Below the pieces are notes generated by a model, which saw only the letters and a list, made by a program, of their open reading frames with translations, was not told the DNA's origin and searched no databases. A DNA stretch of 64,000 nucleotides, taken from NCBI GenBank assembly GCA_002269645.1, contig NIVC01000121.1, positions 372,001-436,000 of the forward strand, written 5' to 3'. Position numbers and translations under genes: made by a program. The stretch comes from Macrostomum lignano. Taxonomy: Eukaryota. This document shows positions 1-21,848 of the stretch, in pieces. Position 1 is the first letter of the stretch; the number at the start of each line of letters is the position of its first letter.

Positions 1-450
1 TGGTGCTAAAGCCCCTGGTGCTAAAGCCCCTGGTGCTAAAGCCCCTGGTGCTAAAGCCCCTGGTGCTAAAGCCCCTGGTGCTAAAGCCCCTGGTGCTAAA
101 GCCCCTGGTGCTAGCGCCCCTGGTGCTGGCGCCCCTGGTGCTAAAGCCCCTGGTGCTGGCGCCCCTGGTGCTGGCGCCTTTGGTGCTGGCGCCCCTGGTG
201 CTGGCGCCCCTGGTGCTGGCGCCCCTGGTGCTGGCGCCCCTGGTGCTGGCGCCCCTGGTGCTGGCGCCCCTGGTGCTGGCGCCCCTGGTGCTGGCGCCCC
301 TGGTGCTGGCGCCCCTGGTGCTGGCGCCCCTGGTGCTGGCGCCCCTGGTGCTGGCGCCCCTGGTGCTGGCGCCCCTGGTGCTGGCGCCCCTGGTGCTGGC
401 GCCCCTGGTGCTGGCGCCCCTGGTGCTGGCGCCCCCTGGTGCTGGCGCCC
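1..450. repeat. 15-bp minisatellite (CCCCTGGTGCTGGCG, variant CCCCTGGTGCTAAAG), truncated by the window start
   Basis: Direct reading; the LAPLV/LKPLV ORF is its translation. Confidence 0.97.
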
Positions 451-812
451 TTTTTTTAATAAAAGATACCCCTTAGATGAAATAGCGCCCTCTCGAATGC
501 AACGTGTAGAATTTCTCTAAAACTTTGGCGACAAAACCAGTCATACCGACAGATCATATGCAGTATGGTACTGATTTGCAAACCAGACCAATGGCTAAAA
601 TCTTGACCGAATGCTTGACTTAGCAATAATCGCTACTTAAGGATCCCAGCTGTCGCGCTCCTCAAGAGGTGTCACTTTTATGAATCCTTTTTTTTGTTCT
701 CAACCGACAGGCATTTGATAGGTTTTGGTTGACGTCTTTTGGATTTGACTGCAGCTTTGATTCCAGCAAAGCATGCGAAGTTCTTTGGAATTTCGTGCAG
801 CTTAGGTTGAAT

Positions 813-1392
813 CTGAGCTACTCTGAGCTACTCTGAGCTACTCTCTGAGCTACTCTGAGCTACTCTCTGAGCTACTCTCTGAGCTACTCTCTGAGCTACT
901 CTCTGAGCTACTCTCTGAGCTACTCTCTGAGCTACTCTCTGAGCTACTCTCTGAGCTACTCTCTGAGCTACTCTCTGAGCTACTCTCTGAGCTACTCTCT
1001 GAGCTACTCTCTGAGCTACTCTCTGAGCTACTCTCTGAGCTACTCTCTGAGCTACTCTCTGAGCTACTCTCTGAGCTACTCTCTGAGCTACTCTCTGAGC
1101 TACTCTCTGAGCTACTCTCTGAGCTACTCTCTGAGCTACTCTCTCAGCTACTCTGAGCTACTCTCTGAGCTACTCTGAGCTACTCTCTGAGCTACTCTCT
1201 GAGCTACTCTCTGAGCTACTCTCTGAGCTACTCTCTGAGCTACTCTGATCTACTCTCTGAGCTACTCGCAGTTACTCTGAGCTACTCTGAGCTACTCTGG
1301 GCTACTCTGAGCTACTCTGAGCTACTCTGAGCTACTCTGAGCTACTCTGAACTACTCTGGGCTACTCTGAGATACTCTGAGCTATTCTGAAC
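813..1392. repeat. 12/10-bp minisatellite (CTCTCTGAGCTA)
   Basis: Direct reading; degenerate 3' tail. Confidence 0.95.
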
Positions 1393-1777
1393 TGAATTGT
1401 AGAATAAAAACACACAAAAGTATTAGTTTTCCCAGATTCAATTGCTAGCAATCCTTGGCAAAGTCATCCCTTCTGATTGGAAGTTGAGGCGCCAGACTGA
1501 AAAAATCAGGGGCATGGGGAACGCAGCGAAGCCGGCTGGCCTTGCTGTCCTTCTTTTGCCTTTCCGAACTTGTTTAAATTAACATAGTATTTTCGATTTT
1601 TTATAGAGATCTCGTTTGGAATTCTCTGGCTTTGCGTGACGCGAATGCAGAATATATGCTGCAGAATTTACAGTTTCTTCATGTGTCTTAAAGTTAGAGA
1701 AAAAATCATGTGGGATTTTCTAAGTTTGTATTTTAATACTGCCAGCTTCTTTGTATTCTAACAAGGAGCCCTGGCGG

Positions 1778-2530
1778 CCCTTGTTCTGGCGCCCCTGTTG
1801 CTGGCGCCTCTGTTGCTGGCGCCCCTGGTGCTGGCGCCCCTGGTGCTAAAGCCCCTGGTGCTGGCGCCCCTGGTGCTGGCGCCCCTGGTGCTGGCGCCCC
1901 TGGTGCTGGCGCCCCTGGTGCTGGCGCCCCTGGTGCTGGCGCCCCTGGTGCTGGCGCCCCTGGTGCTGGCGCCCCTGGTGCTGGCGCCCCTGGTGCTGGC
2001 GCCCCTGGTGCTGGCGCCCCTGGTGCTGGCGCCCCTGGTGCTGGCGCCCCTGGTGCTGGCGCCCCTGGTGCTGGCGCCCCTGGTGCTAAAGCCCCTGGTG
2101 CTAAAGCCCCTGGTGCTAAAGCCCCTGGTGCTAAAGCCCCTGGTGCTAAAGCCCCTGGTGCTAAAGCCCCTGGTGCTAAAGCCCCTGGTGCTAGCGCCCC
2201 TGGTGCTGGCGCCCCTGGTGCTAAAGCCCCTGGTGCTGGCGCCCCTGGTGCTGGCGCCTTTGGTGCTGGCGCCCCTGGTGCTGGCGCCCCTGGTGCTGGC
2301 GCCCCTGGTGCTGGCGCCCCTGGTGCTGGCGCCCCTGGTGCTGGCGCCCCTGGTGCTGGCGCCCCTGGTGCTGGCGCCCCTGGTGCTGGCGCCCCTGGTG
2401 CTGGCGCCCCTGGTGCTGGCGCCCCTGGTGCTGGCGCCCCTGGTGCTGGCGCCCCTGGTGCTGGCGCCCCTGGTGCTGGCGCCCCTGGTGCTGGCGCCCC
2501 TGGTGCTGGCGCCCCCTGGTGCTGGCGCCC
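1778..2530. repeat. 15-bp minisatellite, second copy
   Basis: Same unit and same order of variants as 1-450, offset 2080. Confidence 0.97.
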
Positions 2531-2892
2531 TTTTTTTAATAAAAGATACCCCTTAGATGAAATAGCGCCCTCTCGAATGCAACGTGTAGAATTTCTCTAA
2601 AACTTTGGCGACAAAACCAGTCATACCGACAGATCATATGCAGTATGGTACTGATTTGCAAACCAGACCAATGGCTAAAATCTTGACCGAATGCTTGACT
2701 TAGCAATAATCGCTACTTAAGGATCCCAGCTGTCGCGCTCCTCAAGAGGTGTCACTTTTATGAATCCTTTTTTTTGTTCTCAACCGACAGGCATTTGATA
2801 GGTTTTGGTTGACGTCTTTTGGATTTGACTGCAGCTTTGATTCCAGCAAAGCATGCGAAGTTCTTTGGAATTTCGTGCAGCTTAGGTTGAAT

Positions 2893-3498
2893 CTGAGCTA
2901 CTCTGAGCTACTCTGAGCTACTCTCTGAGCTACTCTGAGCTACTCTCTGAGCTACTCTCTGAGCTACTCTCTGAGCTACTCTCTGAGCTACTCTCTGAGC
3001 TACTCTCTGAGCTACTCTCTGAGCTACTCTCTGAGCTACTCTCTGAGCTACTCTCTGAGCTACTCTCTGAGCTACTCTCTGAGCTACTCTCTGAGCTACT
3101 CTCTGAGCTACTCTCTGAGCTACTCTCTGAGCTACTCTCTGAGCTACTCTCTGAGCTACTCTCTGAGCTACTCTCTGAGCTACTCTCTGAGCTACTCTCT
3201 GAGCTACTCTCTGAGCTACTCTCTGAGCTACTCTCTGAGCTACTCTCTGAGCTACTCTCTGAGCTACTCTCTGAGCTACTCTCTGAGCTACTCTGAGCTA
3301 CTCTCTGAGCTACTCTCTGAGCTACTCTCTGAGCTACTCTCTGAGCTACTCTCTGAGCTACTCTCTGAGCTACTCTGAGCTACTCTCTGAGCTACTCTCT
3401 GAGCTACTCTCTGAGCTACTCTCTGAGCTACTCTCTGAGCTACTCTCTGAGCTACTCTCTGAGCTACTCTGAGCTACTCTGAGCTACCCTGAGCTATT
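2893..3498. repeat. 12/10-bp minisatellite, second copy
   Basis: Same unit as 813-1392, different 3' flank. Confidence 0.95.
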
Positions 3499-5364
3499 CA
3501 AAGCTCTGTCTTTTTCGCCCTATTTAATGCTTGATTTTGGTGTATTTTTGTCGAAAAAGATTTATCGTAAGTGCCAACTATATACAGTTTATCGTATCTA
3601 TTTATCCATCTAGACCTCCAGCAACGTAGCTATTGCTATAAAGATCATATAACTGAGTTCAGCTATATATGGAAAGTGGATTTATCAGATTAGCAGGGAT
3701 CATTAGCCAGTTAACGAGATGAGAACTAATATCTTAGTGACTTGAAGTCGCACACCACGTTTAAGTCTGCTCATAGCTAATCAAATGGATTGTGCAACTC
3801 ACTCGAAAGTTCATCAGGTTTGAACGGACTGGCTTTAGATTTTATGTGAATTTTTTTCACTTCTATGGTGAATTTGGTAAGCGTCTGACTCTTAACGACC
3901 AGTGGCCGCTGGTGGATTGTCGTGGGATTCACAGCCATCAGGGCTTCACAATAATCTTCATATAAATTTTATATTTTGCACCTCTTGTTGGTTTTAACTA
4001 CGAACTCGAAAATGTTGAGGTTTTGCTGCCTTTGCCATTATTTCTGCCCGTAGCAACGCAGCAGAAGAAGACTTTGCCTATCTGTTGTATATAACAGCCC
4101 AAGCTGCAATCGCTACTCCATCAAGGCTGCCAAATCGCCAATCTTGATTCGACATCGAAGGGGTGGGGGTCGGGCCTGATGGGACAAAACAAACAATAAT
4201 TCTTCCTAACCAAATCTTCTCCACTATACGTGCAGCAGAATACAGTCACTGGCTGTGGAATCTTCCAATGCAGACCTGACATCCGTGACGTTGCGATGTT
4301 CAGCTGACAGCATAGCGTTCCCCTCCACCCAGGGGTCTTACAATCCTAGACATCCCATATTTACATTTTCTTCCTTCGACATGCATTATATTGAATAGAA
4401 TTGACTTTTGTGTAAATATAAATCAATTAATCCTGGCAAAGAAACTAATATTTCGCACTAATTTCTTGCCATTTTTACGGCTGACTGCTATCTTCGGTAA
4501 GTTGCTGAGAGCCTCGAGACTTTAGAGTTGAAGTACAAGGTTACTGGTTAAACCCTTTTTGTTTGGTGTACAAATATTTTTTGACACTAAAACAACGCTC
4601 TTACCTCTCGAAGTTGCGTAATGCTGATGACGAACTAATTGAGATCCAGACTTGTGATCGATTCAATACCCATGAGAACGAACACGGATACGCGGGGCTC
4701 TGTGCACCCTGGCGCACTTTAAGCGACATTGTCACACAACCGGCGAGAGGCATTGCTGCCCATTCCGCCGGCTCCCCTGAGTAGGCACACACCACACAGG
4801 AGTGTACAGCGGCCCTAACTTTATTTATCGTTAGGCATGTACACTTCACTGTGCCTTGGGGGGGGGGCTGGCCCGCATGATTCCAATTCCAAATTTTTAG
4901 CCCCCAGATTAATGTGACGGCACTTGGAATCGAGCCTTGGCCGTTAAGCGAAGCCATTCGAACTCGCGACCTTTGGAAACGCTTGGAAAAGTCTCAGATC
5001 GGGAATGGTGGTTTGGCATTGGCCAGCGCTAGAAACCCCCACCAATAGCCTTTAAAAATATTCGTATTCCGGTGTATGTCTACGTCAAGCTATTTCGGCT
5101 ACGCCAAAAAAAGGGCTGTAGCCAACCAGAGATCAACCCGACGCCATGGTATATACTTCGCCTGAAGCTAAAGAAGAGCATTCAGGATTTTTAGAAGCTC
5201 AGTCACTTTTACCGGTACAATTCAAGCTTTAGGATTCCTGGCCTGTTCTCGAGAGCGAATACAGTTTTTACTGTCGATAAGTAGACGTGAGTATGTGCGA
5301 GCCTCTGCTATTTGTCTTCTTTTGTGTTGCTGCTTTCAGTGCAATAACTGACAATAAAAAGTTG

Positions 5365-6472
5365 ATAGATGAGAGATGATAGATGAGAGATGATAGATGA
5401 GAGATGAGGGATGATAGATGATAGTCGATAGATGATAGATGATAGTCGATAGATGATAGATGATAGATGAGAGATGATAGATGATAGATGAGAGATGAGA
5501 GATGATAGATGAGAGATGAGGGATGATACCAGGTAGATGATAGTCGATAGATGATAGATGATAGTCGATAGATGATAGATGATAGATGATAGATGATAGA
5601 TGATAGATGAGAGATGAGAGATGATAGATGATAGATGAGAGATGATAGATGATAGATGATAGATGATAGATGATAGATGAGAGATGATAGATGATAGATG
5701 ATAGATGAGAGATGAGAGATGAGAGATGAGAGATGATAGATGATAGATGAGAGATGATAGATGAGAGATGATAGATGATAGATGATAGATGATAGATGAT
5801 AGATGATAGATGATAGATGATAGATGATAGATGATAGATGATAGATGATAGATGAGAGATGAGAGATGATAGATGATAGATGAGAGATGAGAGATGATAG
5901 ATGATAGATGAGAGATGATAGATGAGAGATGATAGATGATAGATGATAGATGAGAGATGATAGATGATAGATGATAGATGAGAGATGATAGATAATAGAT
6001 GAGAGATGATAGATGATAGATGATAGATGATAGATGAGAGATGATAGATGAGAGATGATAGATGATAGATGATAGATGAGAGATGATAGATGATAGATGA
6101 TAGATGATAGATGGTAGATGATAGTCGATAGATGATTGATGATAGATGAGTGATGATAGATGAAAGATGATAGATGATAGATGATAGTTGATAGATGATA
6201 GATGATAGATGATAGATGATAGATGATAGATGATAGTTGAGAGATGATAGATGATAGATGATAGTTGATAGATGATAGATGATAGATGATAGATGATAGT
6301 TGATAGATGATAGATGATAGATGATAGATGATAGATGATAGATGATAGATGATAGTTGAGAGATGATAGATGATAGATGATAGTTGATAGATGATAGATG
6401 ATAGATGATAGATGATAGATGATAGATGATAGATGATAGATGATAGATGATAGATGAGAGATGATAGATGAT
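5365..6472. repeat. 7-bp GATAGAT/GAGAGAT satellite, possibly in a 5'-UTR intron or outron of the innexin
   Basis: Direct reading; an acceptor-like CAG lies at 6566-6568 just before the innexin ATG. Confidence 0.93.
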
Positions 6473-6569
6473 AATTTTATGTTAATTTATTATTTATTTG
6501 TTAGTTAATTTATGGTTAATAAATGCATAGTAACTCAAATCCAATATAATTTATCCCTCAATTGTCAGG

Positions 6570-14938
<8,369 letters not shown>

Positions 14939-15022
14939 GCTGCTGAGCCGCGGCGCTTTTAATGACGTTTTCTAAGCGGCATGACTGGATCTTTTCCTGA
15001 CACTTTGTTTGAACCTCTCGAA

Positions 15023-15635
15023 AACTCCATGACTCCTATCTGACAACTCCATGACTCCTATCTGACAACTACATGACTTCTATCTGCCAACTCCATGACT
15101 CCTATCTGACAACTCCATGACTCTGACCTGACAACTCCATGACTCCTATCTGCCAACTCCATGACTCCTATCTGACAACTCCATGACTCCTATCTGACAA
15201 CTCCATGACTCTGACCTGACAACTCCATGACTCCTATCTGACAACTCCATGACTCCGATATAACAACTCCATGACTCTGACCTGACAACTCCATGACTCC
15301 TATCTGCCAACTCCATGACTCCTATCTACCAACTCCATGACTCCTATCTGACAACTCCATGACTCCTATCTGACAACTCCATGACTCTGACCTGACAACT
15401 ACATGACTCTGACCTGACAACTACATGACTCCTATCCGACAACTCCATGACTCCTATCTGACAACTCCATGACTCCTATCTGACAACTCCATGACTCCTA
15501 TCTGACAACTCCATGACTCTGACCTGACAACTACGTGACTCCTATCTGACAACTCCATGAATCCTATCTGACAACTCCATGACTCTGACCTGACAACTCC
15601 ATGACTCCTATCCGACAACTCCATGACTCCTCTGA
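15023..15635. repeat. 22-bp minisatellite (AACTCCATGACTCCTATCTGAC) just 3' of the innexin stop
   Basis: Direct reading. Confidence 0.95.
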
Positions 15636-17089
15636 CACCCCCATACTTATCGTATATGATTTTCCCTTACACCTATTAAGAACCTTTTAACTTTCCACAA
15701 TTGTATCTTCTAAATTTAGTGCTTTAAAATCTTAACTGCTCGAACAAATCTTTGATATACGGATGCTTTTGAAGTCTCTAAATTGTGCTTTGTCACCTAT
15801 AAAAATGTAATTAACTGGTTTGATTTTTCACCTTAACTCCGATATTTTTCATGCTTTAAATCTATCAAAATTGCAAAATTCTGAAGTATGGTCATTTAAC
15901 TAATTTAATCGATCAAGTGGAAAGTGATTACTTGCTATACTGGCATGTTTTTCGTTCTTTCAGCTTAAATTTTGCACTCACATGTACCTTTATTGACTGT
16001 GGTTGAAGTATTTTATTTATTCATATATATTCTATTTTTCGCTTCAACAACTCGACTTAATTTTAACTTGAGATTGAATTTTATTTGTAATGTATATTGC
16101 TCTTTACTAAATATGCTACTTTGCTAAAATACGAGATCAATTCGTCCTTATTAGTTTACTTATAGTAGTAGTAAATGTGAAATTTTTTTGTTCGATTATG
16201 CCGTTTTTTCATGTTAAAATATGATCATGTACTCTCGGTAGGGTAGCTTTTTTGAAATGAAATTTCATAACTAAAGTAAAATTAAAATTAAAATCTAAGT
16301 CAATTTTTTGTTTAAAGTGATGTTTTCGTAATGTTTCTTGTAACTGTTGGCACTGTCATAGAATTTAAGTAAACATTCTTCATACTAGATGCAATTATAA
16401 CAAACTAGAATATTTCGTTTATTTTTTAGAAAGGCATCCATTGAAAACGAAATTTATACAAGGGTGAGCATACTTCACCTTGCACATATTTGTTATTTAA
16501 AAAAACATTTGCTATATATAAGGGTTTTACTGTATGTATGGGTTATAATTCAGAATATTACTCGTAAACAACAATTCGGTTCAATTTATTATTCAAAATG
16601 ATACGCGGGTAATTTATAGCTCGTAGAAACTTTGAATTTTAAAACTCGAAAAATATCTTCTTAGATAAAAACAAATTCTGAGAAAAGTTTTAAATAACTG
16701 CGTAGGACGTTGTTTCCGAAAAGCAATTTTGAACTGATGTTAGACAAATATGGCTATTAAAATTGCGTGACATAAGAAATCAATCAAAACATTTTTACCT
16801 TCTAATTAACCATCGCGTGCCAGAAAAACCTTTCTAAGGCATATCGTACATTCAAATACTTTTTTTGAATCTTTTAGAAGTGTTCTACTTTGTGATTGAT
16901 TCGATCAATTCGTATATCTAGTATTCTAAAAATGAAAATTCATCCTGTCTAAAATTGATTGACAACTTGACAGTTGTGTGCATGAATCATGATTGAAGAC
17001 CCAATTTGCGCTACTTAATTATTAGGCAACTGTTTTAAATTCATTTTATCAAGCAATTTTGGACTTTAATCCTCACACATCAGTACTCC

Positions 17090-17470
17090 GATGGATAGTC
17101 TCAATCCGATAGCCCCAGTCCGATAGTCCCAGTCCGATAGTCCCAGTCCGATAGTCCCAGTCCGATAGTCCCAGTCCGATAGTCCCAGTCCGATAGTCCC
17201 AGTCCGATAGTCCCAGTCCGATAATCCCAGTCCGATAGTCCCAGTTCAAGTCATGCAATATAGTCTTGCTTCCAGTCCTACTCTGGAAGTGGAAGTCCCA
17301 CTTCGATAGTCCCAATCCCATTCTCAGCCTCAGCTTGAGTTCCAGTCCCTGTCCCAGTGTCCCAGTCCCAGCTCTATAGTCCCTGTTCCAGTCCCAGTCC
17401 CAGCTCTATAGTCCCTGTCCCAGCTTCAGTCCCAGTCTCAGTCCCAGTCCAATAATCCTAGTTTGATCAG
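17090..17470. repeat. 14-bp minisatellite (CGATAGTCCCAGTC) with degenerate GTCCCA tail
   Basis: Direct reading. Confidence 0.88.
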
Positions 17471-18016
17471 CCCAGCTTGAAAATGCCAGTGCGATAATTT
17501 TTTCCCTCAATCACTGTCTGAAATCCCCATAGTGCCACAATCCTACAGTCTGTCTGAGCATAATTCAGTCCCTAAGCATCAGGCATCAGACTAGCTTTGC
17601 GCTGACCCTAAAGGCAGCAAATCCCAATTGCTCTTCCCGACTCCTCTCTATCCTTTTATTCCTTCGCAATCTGATTGGCTAGATAAGGAGAACAAATGTT
17701 GAATTGGGAAGAAACAAACCGAGTGACAAATGGGAACAGCTATAGTCGTACAGCTATACATGCAGTTTCTCCAATTATATATAGATGCTATCTACGTCAG
17801 TGGAACAGACAATAAAGATGATAAACAGTACTTGTTCTAAAAACATCGGCTGACGATTTTTGACATTTTGAGACAAAACCAACAGAAACGGTGAGTCCCG
17901 CAATTTCTACAATTAATAAAACTTGTTTCGCTTAAATTACTATTTACTGCTCGATTTAAAGACACTGACAAAGTTCTAGAACTAATAAATTAATGGTTGC
18001 TGTGTCTTGACGTCTG

Positions 18017-18846
18017 GGGTCTAGGGTTAAAGGGTCTAGGGTTGAAGGGTCTAGGGTTGAAGGGTCTAGGGTTAAAAGGTCTAGGGTTGAAGGGTCTAAG
18101 ATTGAAGGGTCTAGGGTTGAAGGGTCTAGGGTTGAAGGGTCTAGGGTTGAAGGGTCTAGGGTTGAAGGGTCTAGGGTTGAAGGGTCTAGGGTTGAAGGGT
18201 CTAGGGTTGAAGGGTCTAGGATTGAAGGGTCTAGGGTTGAAGGGTCTAGGATTGAAGGGTCTAGGGTTGAAGGGTCTAGGATTGAAGGGTCTAGGGTTGA
18301 AGGGTCTAGGGTTGAAGGGTCTAGGGTTGAAGGGTCTAGGGTTGAATGGTCTAGGGTTGAAGGGTCTAGGGTTGTAAGGTCTAGGGTTGAAGGGTCTAGG
18401 GTTGAAGGGTCTAGGGTTGTAAGGTCTAGGGTTGAAGGGTCTAGGGTTGAAGGGTCTATGGTTGAAGGGTCTAGGGTTGAAAAGTCTAGGGTTGAAGGGT
18501 CTAGAGTTGAAGGGTCTAGGGTTGAAGGGTCTAGGGTTGAAGGGTCTAGGGTTGAAGGGTCTAGGGTTGTAAGGTCTAGGGTTGTAAGGTCTAGGGTTGA
18601 AGGGTCTAGGGTTGAAGGGTCTAGGGTTGAAGGGTCTAGGGTTGAAGGGTCTAGGGTTGTAAGGTCTAGGGTTGAAGGGTCTAGGGTTGAAGGGTCTAGG
18701 GTTGAAGGGTCTAGGGTTGAAGGGTCTAGGGTTGAAGGGTCTAGGGTTGAAGGGTCTAGGGTTGAAGGGTCTAGGGTTGTAAGGTCTAGGGTTAAAGGGT
18801 CTAGGGTTGAAGGGTCTAGGGTTGAAGGGTCTAGGGTTGAAGGGTC
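18017..18846. repeat. 15-bp G-rich minisatellite (TAGGGTTGAAGGGTC), block 1
   Basis: Direct reading; the DPSTL/KGLGL ORFs are its translation. Confidence 0.97.
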
Positions 18847-19659
18847 CAAGTTCGGTTGGCCAATGTCTTAGGCTAACAATCGAGCTAGCGAGAACTTCAG
18901 AAACTGATTGAGAGCTTCATTTAATCAGCAATATATATAGATATTCTATTAATATACGGGCCAAAAACACGAGCTCCTGGTCGTGGCAATAAAACTGCAT
19001 GCGCAACGTGGGAGTTTCAGTTTGATATACAAAACCCTCAGCCGTACGTCATTCACAGGACAAAAATGATGTTTCGGTTGAATTATTGAATTATTTTTTA
19101 TGACCCGCGTTTCGGTTCAACAACCGAAAGTCTTCAGATGCTTGGGGAGAGCTCAAACTAAAGGCCATTTGCTGCTCAGTCATAAACTTCAGCCCTATTT
19201 CGTATTTATTGCGAAACAGACAAGGATAGAAGCTGTGTGCTCTTAACAGCGAGGCTGCGAGGTATTAAGACCCTATGATGAGGCTAGCTATAGTTTTTTC
19301 TCCGTTTATTTCATAACTAATGGGGAGATTTTGAAAATTTGGCATCATCCTTAGGCGTCAGTGTTGCAGTGTTGCAGTGCAGGTGTTGCAGTGAAACTTT
19401 AAATGCTCATAGCTCTTGATCAGCTTGATCAAAATGATAATTTTATTCGTCGGGTTGTTTGAACTTTTGTGCTCTTCAAGATACCAGAAGTTTGGCCTTG
19501 TACTTTTTAGTTTTCTATTGTGATAGGGTTTGAAAAATGACACTGAGACAGTTAAAGTTGAAAAAAAGTACTTTTCTGTGCTATTAAATCAGTCAAGTTA
19601 GAAACCCTTAGTATAGTAAACTGTTACAAGCTTTGTTAAATTAGTAGCAGTATGTCTGC

Positions 19660-19985
19660 ATAATAATTAATAATAATAATAAGTGATAACACCTGGCCTA
19701 ATTGGGACAAATGTGCAACCGACAGCTCAGCCGCAGCTATTGCGCGGCGCATCTGAAGGCTGCGTACGGCTGTTCAGTCCAAGGACTGGGGGGGGGGGGG
19801 GGTCGCCACACACCTTCAATTACCCCAGCTAATGCTGGCACCCATTTTACAGCTGGGTGAACTGAAGCAATGCAGAGTTAAGTGTCTTGCTCAAGGACAC
19901 AAATTTTTCCGAGAGTGGGTCGAGAATCGAACCCCCGACCTTTCAGTCCTGAGTCCGACCGTCTAACCAGTAGGCTACAACCTCC
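19660..19985 (-). mobile_element. tRNA-derived SINE, near full length, with (TTA)n tail
   Basis: Minus strand: A-box-like TAGCCTACTGG, B-box GGTTCGATTC, central CCTTGAGCAAGACACTTAAC...CACCCAGCTGTAAAATGGG; about 280 bp shared with 28505-28794. Confidence 0.85.
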
Positions 19986-20317
19986 CCCACCCTATAAAGG
20001 CATAGCATGCTAGCAAGTTTTAAAGCAAGGCAGCGTGTAACAACAGAAGTACTTTAAACATGTCGATTTTAACAGGTTAAAGCCTTAAAAAATTACACAT
20101 ACAGCCTATTTTGGAGCTTCAGTGGCACACAGCTAGTGCAGGTTTCTTCATAAACAGTCAAATATAGAAAGCTTTTTTAGGCAAGCATCGCTAAATACAC
20201 GTAAGCAAGCGGGCCTTCAAATAATTTTTCACTAGTTATGTCATGTCCTGAATATGTGTTATGTCCTGATACAACGGTAACTTCTAGCGGTCCTTGTTAG
20301 AAGTTTTGTTCGAGGGA

Positions 20318-20578
20318 GTCTAGGGTTGAAGGGTCTAGGGTTGAAGGGTCTAGGGTTGAAGGGTCTAGGGTTGAAGGGTCTAGGGTTGAAGGGTCTAGGG
20401 TTGAAGGGTCTAAGATTGAATGATCTAGGGTTGAAGGGTCTAGGGTTGAAGGGTCTAGGGTTGAAGGGTCTAGGGTTGAAGGGTCTAAGATTGAATGATC
20501 TAGGGTTGAAGGGTCTAGGGTTGAAGGGTCTAGGGTTGAAGGGTCTAGGTTTGAAGGGTCAAGGATTGAAGGGTCTAG
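20318..20578. repeat. 15-bp G-rich minisatellite, block 2
   Basis: Same unit and orientation as block 1. Confidence 0.96.
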
Positions 20579-20976
20579 TAGGAAATAAACGTCAACAAAA
20601 GCATAAAATAATTTTTTTCTTTCTAGCCAACGCGTTTCGTCAAACACAAGCCGTCGTCAGGGCAAATTCAATTAACCTTTTTTAGCACCAATATATTTAA
20701 GAAAAACAAACTGTACACTCCAAAGGCGGGTCAAAACAGTCCAGTAGAATTTCAAAAGTGCCAAGTACATAACGAAGGCAGTGAGAAAAAATTAGGCATG
20801 CTCTGCTCACAGTACTCTTAGCTCACGCTCCACCCCATTTCCAGCAAGGTGTACATTCAAGTTGGGTTTGTGCATTCTGATATAAAAAGCTTCAATAATC
20901 TTAAGTTTATGGTCAAATTTTCACCCATCCAGCACTTTAAAGAGCTGAATCGGTTCACTGTCACAACATTTTCAAC

Positions 20977-21848
20977 TGAAGGGTCTAGGGTTGAAGGGGG
21001 TTGAAGGGTCTAGGGTTGAAGGGTCTAGGGTTGAAGGGTCTAGGGTTGAAGGGTCTAGGGTTGAAGAATCTAGGGTTGAAGGGTCTAGGGTTGAAGAATC
21101 TAGGGTTGAAGGGTCTAGGGTTGAAGGGTCTAGGGTTGAAGGGTCTAGGGTTGAAGGGGCTAGGGTTGAAGGGTCTAGGGTTGAAGGGTCTAGGGTTGAA
21201 GGGTCTAGGGTTGAAGAATCTAGGGTTGAAGGGTCTAGGGTTGAAGAATCTAGGGTTGAAGGGTCTAGGGTTGAAGGGTCTAGGGTTGAAGGGTCTAGGG
21301 TTGAAGGGTCTAGGGTTGAAGGGTCTAGGGTTGAAGGGTCTAGGGTTGAAGAATCTAGGGTTGAAGGGTCTAGGGTTGAAGAATCTAGGGTTGAAGGGGC
21401 TAGGGTTGAAGGGTCTAGGGTTGAAGAATCTAGGGTTGAAGGGTCTAGGGTTGAAGAATCTAGGGTTGAAGGGTCTAGGGTTGAAGGGTCTAGGGTTGAA
21501 GGGTCTAGGGTTGAAGGGTCTAGGGTTGAAGGGTCTAGGGTTGAAGGGTCTAGGGTTGAAGGGTCTAGGGTTGAAGAATCTAGGGTTGAAGGGTCTAGGG
21601 TTGAAGAATCTAGGGTTGAAGGGTCTAGGGTTGAAGGGTCTAGGGTTGAAGGGTCTAGGGTTGAAGGTGCTAGGGTTGAAGGGTCTAGGGTTGAAGGGTC
21701 TAGGGTTGAAGGGTCTAGGGTTGAAGGTGCTAGGGTTGAAGGGTCTAGGGTTGAAGGGTCTAGGGTTGAAGGGTCTAGGGTTGAAGGGTCTAGGGTTGAA
21801 GGGTCTAGGGTTGAAGGGTCTAGGGTTGAAGAGTCTAGGGTTGAAGGG
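20977..21848. repeat. 15-bp G-rich minisatellite, block 3
   Basis: Same unit, with a GAAGAATC variant private to this block. Confidence 0.97.

Noticed and set aside
3-2556. Long ORFs encoding LAPLV/LKPLV repeats
   Set aside because: Translation of a 15-bp satellite whose period is a multiple of 3; no coding context.
3890-4400. GC-richer stretch that could be a lost exon
   Set aside because: The minus-strand frames after the candidate acceptor near 4180 all hit stops, the ORF track shows nothing on either strand, and no motif is recognisable.
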